Part shown: piece by piece, positions 1 through 6,649 of the stretch
Layout of the letters: every line of letters starts with the position of its first letter
How positions within the stretch are numbered: the stretch's first letter is position 1
Source of the DNA: Candidatus Firestoneibacteriota bacterium
Lineage (GTDB): Bacteria; Oederibacteriota; D2-FULL-39-29; JBBTED01
DNA: 11,273 nucleotides
Reading direction: 5' to 3'
Assembly (NCBI GenBank): GCA_038042445.1
Contig: JBBTED010000160.1
Location: 1-11,273 of the forward strand
Notes under the pieces: model-generated
The model's input: only the letters and a program-made list of their open reading frames with translations
Database searches by the model: none
What the model was told of the DNA's origin: nothing
Position numbers and translations under genes: made by a program

Positions 1-344
1 TTTAGAGGAATTGCTATTGCATTTATTGTAAAATCCCGTTTTGCAAGGTCATCTGTTATCTTCTTCCCCCGACAAGGAGAAAAATCCAATTGAAAATCGG
101 CATTCTTACTTTTATATATTATTCTTGCAGCTGAATGTTTTTCATTTAACAAAAAAAAACTTGCCTTTAATTTGTTTGCAAGTTTTTTTGCAAAATTTAT
201 GCTATTTCCCATTACTACAAAATCTATATCATTGGTAGAACGCTCTAATAACAAATCACGTATAAATCCACCTACAACATAAATTTTTATTCCACTTTTT
301 TCGGCAAAAGTATTTACTTTATGAAGAACATCTAAAATGAACAT
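1..344 (-). CDS. Class II tRNA nucleotidyltransferase / poly(A) polymerase family, N-terminal part (runs off the window); probably CC-adding type
   Basis: Not in the ORF track. Manual translation from ATG 344: MFILDVLHKVNTFAEKSGIKIYVVGGFIRDLLLERSTNDIDFVV...LDFSPCRGKKITDDLAKRDFTINAIAIPL. Contains motif A (GG-x-x-RD...D-x-D) and motif B (RDFTINA); no stop before position 1. Confidence 0.92.
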   Translation of the reverse strand, partial: MFILDVLHKVNTFAEKSGIKIYVVGGFIRDLLLERSTNDIDFVVMGNSINFAKKLANKLKASFFLLNEKHSAARIIYKSKNADFQLDFSPCRGKKITDDLAKRDFTINAIAIPL

Positions 345-355
345 ATTATTCTATA

Positions 356-384
356 ATTGTAGGTAAATTTATTTAAAATTCCAA
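356..384 (-). promoter_or_regulatory. Putative sigma70 promoter of the nucleotidyltransferase gene
   Basis: TTGGAA (384-379), 17 nt, TACAAT (361-356); ATG follows after 11 nt; no Shine-Dalgarno. Confidence 0.45.
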
Positions 385-424
385 GTAAAAACTTTCGTTT
401 TTAGGTTTTTTAATGATACTTTTT

Positions 425-1363
425 TTACAATTGCCAGGTTAGGCCAAAACGGTGGGAACCTAATATGCCTTTTATTGCGGTCCAGGGATAGATAAATGCG
501 TAGTCCAATTTCATTGCACTGATAAAATTATAGCTTGCTCCAAGTGACACTTCATCTAAATTTGCCCCTGCTCGTATGCTTAATTCTGACAGATGATGAT
601 TTTGTTTTAAAACAAAATCATGCTGTCCTACAATAGACGCTTGTCCTACGATATATTCTACTCCGCCATATACATTCACATCTTTTTTGCCGTTTATATT
701 CCTATCTCTATATGACGCGTCTATGGCTGGTGTGAAATTCCCTATTCTGTATGAACTGCCTATTCGTATTATCATTGGCAATTCTTCGCCTGATACATTC
801 CCTAATGTCATATTCGGTTTATTCGCATTCTCCACACTTGCTCCTACTTGCATCTCATTTAGGACTTGATAAATTATCCCTGCGTCTATTCCTATTTTCG
901 TCTTGTTATATCCGTATGTGTTAAATAATGGGTCAAGCCGTGTATATTCGTTTTCTTCATACATCACACTCATTAGTTTTATGCTGACTCCACAGGATAT
1001 ATTTCCCAATTGTTTTCCATAACTTATCACTCCTGTGTTCTCCTTGTATTTGCCTGATGTGAACAATAAATCTCCTACTCCTATGCTTCCTATTTCTCCT
1101 ATTGGCAAGACATAACCCAAATACCAATCACTTAAATTGTCATCGTCTATTCCCAAATATTTCTTCGCATACATCATCTCCACTTGCATATTGTTAATGC
1201 CACCAAGCCCCGCTGGATTCCAAAACATCGCGCTCGTATCATCTGCTATTGACACATACGCCTGCCCCATTCCCAATCCTCGTATCCCCGGCTTAGTATC
1301 AAATGCTCCTTCGCCTACTCCTGCCAACACCAGCATCCCTATTACTATCGCTATCGTTTTCAT
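425..1363 (-). CDS. PorV/PorQ (UPF0164)-like outer-membrane beta-barrel protein
   Basis: Signal peptide MKTIAIVIGMLVLAGVGEG; family motif GIRGLGMGQAYVSIADDTSAMFWNPAGL; C-terminal LDYAF...SHRFGLTWQL. ATG 1363 is preferred over the track's 1387, which lies inside a palindromic repeat. Confidence 0.8.
   Translation of the reverse strand: MKTIAIVIGMLVLAGVGEGAFDTKPGIRGLGMGQAYVSIADDTSAMFWNPAGLGGINNMQVEMMYAKKYLGIDDDNLSDWYLGYVLPIGEIGSIGVGDLLFTSGKYKENTGVISYGKQLGNISCGVSIKLMSVMYEENEYTRLDPLFNTYGYNKTKIGIDAGIIYQVLNEMQVGASVENANKPNMTLGNVSGEELPMIIRIGSSYRIGNFTPAIDASYRDRNINGKKDVNVYGGVEYIVGQASIVGQHDFVLKQNHHLSELSIRAGANLDEVSLGASYNFISAMKLDYAFIYPWTAIKGILGSHRFGLTWQL
588..649 (-). repeat. REP-like palindromic element inside the barrel CDS
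   Basis: Perfect 26-bp palindrome ATGATTTTGTTTTAAAACAAAATCAT (596-621) enclosed by GACAG/CTGTC; two GTAGGACA motifs on the minus strand (649-642, 631-624). Confidence 0.75.
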
Positions 1364-1375
1364 ATCAAATATTTC

Positions 1376-1402
1376 TGTCATTCCCAACTTGATTGGGAAT
1401 CC
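1376..1402 (+). repeat. TGTC-AT hairpin family (dRS3/REP-like), copy 1
   Basis: TGTC-ATTCCCAA-cttga-TTGGGAAT-CC; same architecture as 6620-6646 and 9755-9781. Confidence 0.8.
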
Positions 1403-1438
1403 AGTGTCTTTTAAAAACCACTATGCTTCCCATCATTT

Positions 1439-1461
1439 GTCAGGCAAGATGCCTGACCTAT
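1439..1461 (-). repeat. GTAG-type REP-like hairpin (ATAG variant)
   Basis: Minus strand ATAG-GTCAGGCA-tct-TGCCTGAC; perfect 8-bp stem. Confidence 0.7.
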
Positions 1462-1469
1462 TGCATGTG

Positions 1470-1488
1470 AAAATGACGCTTCGCGTCA
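1470..1488 (-). terminator. Possible weak intrinsic terminator overlapping the stop codon
   Basis: Minus strand TGACGC-GAA-GCGTCA-TTTT; the stem begins with the TGA stop; short U tract. Confidence 0.35.
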
Positions 1489-3846
1489 CTTCGCCACTAC
1501 TACCGTCCCTGTCTTATTTGTATCCCCTAATCTGAAATGATACAAATACAACCCCGCTTCTACTACGCTTCCGCTATCATCCTTTCCATCCCAACTTGTC
1601 ACTCCATCTAATGTCCTCACCAACCTACCACTGCCTTTGTATATTTTTATCTCTGGTGTTGTTGGATTTGCATCAAAATAAAACCCTACTGAATCATTTA
1701 CTCCATCCCCATTCGGAGTAAACGGATTCGGATACACCAGTATCCTACCGCCATAACTCATTGATGCACTTGACTTTATAGCATACACTCCTGCTTTGCT
1801 TGTGCTCACACTCACTGTCTGTTCCACTGGGTCTACTAACCCGCCTACCTTCTGCCATCTCACTCCATCATAATAGTATATCGCTAATTTATCAAACACT
1901 TCATACTCACTCACTTCCGTATTTGCCACCTTTCCATTCGCTACTGTCCAATGTATTGTCAATGTTACTGGTTTGCTAAAATTCTCAAGCTTCGCATTAC
2001 TGTTTTTATCCTTCATTATCAACTCATATCCTATTCCATCTGTTATATCCTGCCTCTTAGCAAAACTAAAATATACATTCTCGTCACTTGATATTGATAT
2101 TTTCGTCTTATCATCCTCTGTTGACGTTATGATTATTATTGTGCTGTTTCCTTCACTTAATGCGAAATTTACTGTCGTTGTTTCTCCTTCTCGAACTTCC
2201 TTCCCTGTTTGCATTGATATTGAATACCCGATTGCACTTACTAATACATCGTATTTGCCTATACCTACATTCGCTATGCTATAATTACCACTCCCATCTG
2301 TTTTTGTCTCGCCTTTCAGCACCCCATTTTGCAAGAGCTGAACTGTTGCTCCTGATATTACTGTTACTCCATCTGGTGATCTTGTTACTTTTCCTGTTAT
2401 AACACCATAAGATACTCCCAATATTGTAAATGCCTTATCCTGAGTGTTATCTGCACTATCATTCCATACATCTTTTGCTTCAAAATAATAACTGTAATCT
2501 TCTGCTGCTGATAATGATAATGCAAATGTGCAAGTATATATCGCCCCTGTGCTGTAATCTCCATTCACATAAGTCATAGGGTATACCACTACTTCACTTG
2601 TTCCCTTTTTAATATGCACTTTTGGATACCCGCTTGCTGGTACATCTCCATCTGCATCACTGTATTTTATCCTGAATGTTACATTCTCTCCTTGTTTCAC
2701 CACATCTGGATTCATTCCATCAATAGTGTAATTTGCCTCACCTGTCCAAGTTAAAACCGGCACAATATTAGGCCCTGCATATTTTAAATTACCATTACTA
2801 GCATCATAAAAACCAACGTGTATTTTATCTTTACTATCTATAGCTATCGCTGGATAAAGCCCACGATTTACATATCCACCATCAAAACTACCTTGAATAC
2901 TTGATATTTGCCATGGACCAGAACTATTAGTTACATATTTTAATCCTCCTGCATTACCATCTTTATAAGCAATATGAACTTTATTGTTACTATCTATTGC
3001 TATATCTGAAAAATATCCAAGAGTAATTGGAGTATCTAATGTTAAACATATCCATAAACCTGATACGTTTGTTGCATATTTTAATCCTTCATAATAATAA
3101 CTAATATGAATTTTATCGTTTTTATCTATAGCAATAGATGTAGAACTATATCCATATACACTCCCACTGGTACTATCTAATATATAATTTTTCCATTCCC
3201 CAGAAATGTTTGTAGTATATTGTAATGTTCCACCATTAGAACTAATATGAACTTTATTGTTACTATCTATTGCTATAGATGTAAATCCTCCAGCACCACT
3301 ACCATCATTAGAATTAACATCTGTAGATACCCAACTCCCAGAACTATTAGTTATGTATTTTAAACCATGGCTCATGTTATCCAAGTAATAATTATAACTA
3401 ATATGCACTTTATTGTTTCCGTCAATTGCGATAGATGAATATCGGCCACTAGGTTGACCTTCATTATCTATAGTAAAATAAACCCAATTACCAGAAACAT
3501 TTGTCGCATATTTTAAACCGTCATTAGTTTCATCATAATAGCTAATATGCACTTTATCATTTCTGTCTATTGCTATTGAAGTATATGTTCCAACATTTCC
3601 TATATTATCAATTGTGTAATACACCCAATTACCAGAAACATTTGTTGCATATTTTAAATCACCATTAGTTTCATCATAATAACTAATATGCACTTTATCA
3701 TTTCTGTCTATTGCTATAGAAGTATATTTCCCAATATCTCCTGTAGTATCCAAAGTTGTTAATCTAAATCCTGCATAACTATATAATGGCAATAGCAAAA
3801 ATATAAAAATCCATATTATAGTGTTTATACAATATTTCCTTTTCAT
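1486..3846 (-). CDS. Secreted multidomain protein: 7-bladed beta-propeller, Ig-like domain, carboxypeptidase-regulatory-like domain, T9SS type-B-like (gliding-motility-associated/FlgD-like) C-terminal domain
   Basis: Signal peptide MKRKYCINTIIWIFIFLLLPLYSYA (ATG 3846; the track start 3864 is inside a hairpin). Seven SIAIDxNxKVHISY...LKY repeats (~2780-3735); GVITGKVT...TDGSGNYSIANV...TVNFAL (~2160-2406); VYPNPFTPNGDGVND...WDGKD...GLYLY...GTVVVAK at the C-terminus. Confidence 0.85.
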   Translation of the reverse strand: MKRKYCINTIIWIFIFLLLPLYSYAGFRLTTLDTTGDIGKYTSIAIDRNDKVHISYYDETNGDLKYATNVSGNWVYYTIDNIGNVGTYTSIAIDRNDKVHISYYDETNDGLKYATNVSGNWVYFTIDNEGQPSGRYSSIAIDGNNKVHISYNYYLDNMSHGLKYITNSSGSWVSTDVNSNDGSGAGGFTSIAIDSNNKVHISSNGGTLQYTTNISGEWKNYILDSTSGSVYGYSSTSIAIDKNDKIHISYYYEGLKYATNVSGLWICLTLDTPITLGYFSDIAIDSNNKVHIAYKDGNAGGLKYVTNSSGPWQISSIQGSFDGGYVNRGLYPAIAIDSKDKIHVGFYDASNGNLKYAGPNIVPVLTWTGEANYTIDGMNPDVVKQGENVTFRIKYSDADGDVPASGYPKVHIKKGTSEVVVYPMTYVNGDYSTGAIYTCTFALSLSAAEDYSYYFEAKDVWNDSADNTQDKAFTILGVSYGVITGKVTRSPDGVTVISGATVQLLQNGVLKGETKTDGSGNYSIANVGIGKYDVLVSAIGYSISMQTGKEVREGETTTVNFALSEGNSTIIIITSTEDDKTKISISSDENVYFSFAKRQDITDGIGYELIMKDKNSNAKLENFSKPVTLTIHWTVANGKVANTEVSEYEVFDKLAIYYYDGVRWQKVGGLVDPVEQTVSVSTSKAGVYAIKSSASMSYGGRILVYPNPFTPNGDGVNDSVGFYFDANPTTPEIKIYKGSGRLVRTLDGVTSWDGKDDSGSVVEAGLYLYHFRLGDTNKTGTVVVAK
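3482..3727 (-). repeat. Near-identical intragenic tandem repeat (propeller blades 1 and 2)
   Basis: 3482-3586 vs 3623-3727: 105 bp, 6 mismatches by manual alignment, 141-nt (47-aa) period. Confidence 0.9.
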
Positions 3847-3854
3847 ATTACAGT

Positions 3855-3886
3855 TATCCTGCATAGTTTTTAAACTATGCAGGATA
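3855..3886. repeat. Perfect 15-bp inverted repeat between the fibre and propeller genes
   Basis: TATCCTGCATAGTTT-tt-AAACTATGCAGGATA. Confidence 0.9.
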
Positions 3887-3909
3887 TTATCTCCTTTTAC
3901 TATAGATAA

Positions 3910-6501
3910 TCAATATTTTATTATATAATTCACAACTTGATACGGTTGTAAATTATTGTGAGGCGAATTACCTCCTGCTGAATTTACTATTGTACCGCTA
4001 ACATAACCTCCGCCTTCACAGGCAAAATTATATGCTCCTGCAGTATATGGAACTGGAGTAGACTTAATTCCATGAATATGAGCCGCTAATTCGGATTCTG
4101 TCAATGTATGTGTTTTTTCACCTTTGTATACTGAAGGTGTTCCGCCGAGATGGTCAAACTCTGTCTGTGTACTATCATATCCCACAGCAACCTTTCCTTT
4201 CAAATCAGGCAATCTAAATTCACTTCCAGATTCTCCTCCGCTATTAAAACTTGTCCCAATTACTGAAAATAAATAAGCATAATCCGTTCTAGATTTAACA
4301 GAACCATCACATATAAACCAACCATTTGGAGCATTAGCACCACCAAACATTTGAATTGTTCCAATAGGAACTGTATCAAATATTGATGGTTGATATGCAA
4401 AATCTGTTGATTTATCAATAACTATTAATTCGTCAAAACATACAGGATCTCCAGAATTATCTGATCCTAATTTTATATCCACATTAGTACCAGAAGAATC
4501 TGTTTGAAATGTCCCTATCAATAGGGTCCAACTTGTTTCTGCAGTATAAACCGACATATTAGTATACGCACCTGACGTCCATATCTTTGCAGTATAATAA
4601 GATCCAGTACTAACTTTAGCTCTTACTGAAACATAATATGTCATTGACGGTTTTAATTTTTTCAATGTTATTTTTATGCCTTCGTTCCCTGACCCACCAG
4701 ATATTATCTGAACTGCATATTGTCCACCATAATTATCTTTTTCTCCATCAATTCTATATACATCTGTAGGAGTACCTATTTTTTCAAATCCATCAGGTGC
4801 TTTATTAGATGTTCCATTAGCCCAATTCTCAAAGGAAGAATTCGGGACAATATTACCACCTTTTAAAATACTTCTTGATATCTTGTTAAATGTTACTTCC
4901 TCATCTGCAATTTTTGCCTCATTAATAAATCCATTTGCCATTTTTGCTCTGCCTTGAGTATCTGCAGATAATGCACCATCAGCTATTTTTGCAGTTGTAA
5001 TTCCACTATTTTTTACTTGTAATATTTTAGTACTATTATCAATTTCTATACTGTCAGATTCGGCTATTTTAAAATCTTTTTTGTAAGTTGTAGTAATAAC
5101 TGAATTAATATTGCCTTCTAAACTACATTCACCAAGTATTACAGTGCCTCCTGAACTGCCTGTTATCGCATAACTTGCACTTGCACCTTTTTCTATACGA
5201 CAATTGTATAATTTAGCCGTACGAATAGTAATATCAATTCCTGCATAAGTTCCTCCACCTACAATTTTACATGAATTACACTCAAATTCTAAATCTGTAG
5301 TAGTATAGATTCCTAATTGATCACTTTCTATATGACAATTTCTAAATTTACAATTAATAGGACCAAGAATATTAACTGCATAGTTATTAGTTCTTTTTAT
5401 AACACACGATTCTACAACACAAGTTATAATAGCACCACTAACGGTTTGAATTTGTAGCCCTCCATTCATATTTAAATGTTTCAACACAATATCACTCATA
5501 TTGGTAGCTGTATCAGAAAAAATTTCAACAATATTATTAGTAATAGTCAAATTTTCAACAATTATATTGCTAATACCATTCTTTATTCTTAAACTTCCAT
5601 TTATAATGCAAGAATTATTATCTACACCAATTATGTTAATATAGGACTTTGCATCAACAGTAGTCTCAACATATTCTCCAGGATATACCAATACTGTCCA
5701 GATGTTGCTTGAGCTTGGACTTTCGTTATAGTTTATCCAATCTATTGCATCTTGTATCTTTGTAAAATCCCCGCCTTCTTTCGCCACTGTTATTATATTC
5801 TTGTAAAATCCCCGTTTTACTTCTGTTACTCCACTTATTGTTCCATTTATATGACCTGAATAATCTTTTGTTAATCCACTTATTAACACCTCAAATGGGT
5901 AATATAACATCGTATCTGCTTCCCACCCCAAATACCGCTCTGTAATTACTGCTGGTGTAAAAGTGCGAATTACACTTGATAACCGGACTTCGTCTATCAT
6001 TCCATTGAAAAACCCTGCTCTTGTTCCATTGTTTAAAGTACATCCTATCTGCAAATCCTTTGTGGATGCTGTACCTGGAAAATCTGTGCTTTCTGTTCCT
6101 ACATACGTGTTTATTCCATTTACATAGAATTTTATGTTGTCGCTTTCATCTGCTAATTTCACTGTTACTGCTACGTGATACCATATTCCCTGTATAAATT
6201 TAAACGATGTCCCTGTTTGTTTCTTTTCTACTCCTCCGCTGTAAAATCTGAAATTTAAGTTGTCATTTGCATCTATAAATATTGCATAATTACCTTCTGG
6301 TGTTCCCACACCATAATCCTCTTTTGCTATTATATATTGTAGGACTCCTGCTTTATTCAAATATACCATTGCTTCCAATGTTAATTCTTGTGTGCCTGTC
6401 CTTTGTAATGCTGCATTATCTGCTCTTGTTATGTAATCATCTACTCCATCAAATAAATAACATTTACCAAAATTTCCTCTGCTTTCTGCTCTTGTTGACA
6501 T
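3910..6501 (-). CDS. Phage tail-fibre-like multidomain protein: LamG-like jellyroll, pectin-lyase-like beta-helix, TAKIA-type repeats, CBM-like domain, phage tail collar domain
   Basis: LFDGVDDYI...WYHVAVT...FNGMIDEVRLS (LamG); ITVAKEGGDFTKIQDAID...VYPGEYVE (beta-helix cap); ITTAKIADGA/INEAKIADEEVT; NIVPNSSFENW (CBM4/9-like); VPIGTIQMFGGANAPNGWFICDG...FRLPDLKGKVAVG (tail collar) and terminal HNNLQPYQVVNYIIKY. SD AGGAGG at 6517-6512. No signal peptide. Confidence 0.85.
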   Translation of the reverse strand: MSTRAESRGNFGKCYLFDGVDDYITRADNAALQRTGTQELTLEAMVYLNKAGVLQYIIAKEDYGVGTPEGNYAIFIDANDNLNFRFYSGGVEKKQTGTSFKFIQGIWYHVAVTVKLADESDNIKFYVNGINTYVGTESTDFPGTASTKDLQIGCTLNNGTRAGFFNGMIDEVRLSSVIRTFTPAVITERYLGWEADTMLYYPFEVLISGLTKDYSGHINGTISGVTEVKRGFYKNIITVAKEGGDFTKIQDAIDWINYNESPSSSNIWTVLVYPGEYVETTVDAKSYINIIGVDNNSCIINGSLRIKNGISNIIVENLTITNNIVEIFSDTATNMSDIVLKHLNMNGGLQIQTVSGAIITCVVESCVIKRTNNYAVNILGPINCKFRNCHIESDQLGIYTTTDLEFECNSCKIVGGGTYAGIDITIRTAKLYNCRIEKGASASYAITGSSGGTVILGECSLEGNINSVITTTYKKDFKIAESDSIEIDNSTKILQVKNSGITTAKIADGALSADTQGRAKMANGFINEAKIADEEVTFNKISRSILKGGNIVPNSSFENWANGTSNKAPDGFEKIGTPTDVYRIDGEKDNYGGQYAVQIISGGSGNEGIKITLKKLKPSMTYYVSVRAKVSTGSYYTAKIWTSGAYTNMSVYTAETSWTLLIGTFQTDSSGTNVDIKLGSDNSGDPVCFDELIVIDKSTDFAYQPSIFDTVPIGTIQMFGGANAPNGWFICDGSVKSRTDYAYLFSVIGTSFNSGGESGSEFRLPDLKGKVAVGYDSTQTEFDHLGGTPSVYKGEKTHTLTESELAAHIHGIKSTPVPYTAGAYNFACEGGGYVSGTIVNSAGGNSPHNNLQPYQVVNYIIKY

Positions 6502-6526
6502 TTTTTCCCTTCCTCCTTTATATTAT

Positions 6527-6544
6527 ATGCAATATTCGTGCCAA
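6527..6544 (-). promoter_or_regulatory. Sigma54 (RpoN) -24/-12 promoter
   Basis: Minus strand TTGGCACG-AATA-TTGCAT matches YTGGCACG-N4-TTGCW with exactly 10 nt between GG and GC; directly upstream of the fibre gene's SD. Confidence 0.8.
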
Positions 6545-6594
6545 GTGTTACAAAATTCTGGCACTCTTGCATAAATTGTTTGTTTTATTGTGCT

Positions 6595-6612
6595 TTACTG
6601 ATAAATCAGTAA
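6595..6612. repeat. GATAAATC-core hairpin
   Basis: TTACTGAT-aa-ATCAGTAA; same core as 6822-6844 and 8176-8198 with a different outer stem. Confidence 0.65.
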
Positions 6613-6619
6613 TTCTTTA

Positions 6620-6646
6620 AGATTCTGAAACAAGTTCAGAATGACA
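6620..6646 (-). repeat. TGTC-AT hairpin family, copy 2
   Basis: Minus strand TGTC-ATTCTGAA-cttgt-TTCAGAAT-CT. Confidence 0.8.
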
Positions 6647-6649
6647 AAA

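Noticed and set aside
26..42. Similarity of TTGTAAAATCCCGTTTT to the repeat at 5801-5818 as an att-like pair
   Set aside because: Explained by the conserved KRDFT codons of the nucleotidyltransferase; imperfect and probably chance in AT-rich DNA.
386..403. Terminator after the left barrel gene
   Set aside because: The TAAAAAC/GTTTTTA stem is almost entirely A-T and too weak to call.
1364..1387. Track start 1387 (MGMTEIFD extension); likewise 3864 (MQDNCN) and 11242
   Set aside because: The first two begin inside palindromic elements upstream of a better signal-peptide Met; the third is an internal TTG of a gene that continues beyond the window.
3482..3727. DGR template/variable repeat pair
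   Set aside because: Both copies are in-frame blades of one protein, mismatches are not adenine-specific (e.g. AGT/AGC, GGT-GAT/GAC-GGT), and no reverse transcriptase is in the window.
3910..6501. Prophage
   Set aside because: Only one phage-like gene; no integrase, capsid, terminase, lysis genes or att-like repeats; neighbours are cellular genes.
6559..6573. Plus-strand sigma54 promoter
   Set aside because: GG-GC gap is 7 nt instead of the required 10, and no plus-strand gene follows.
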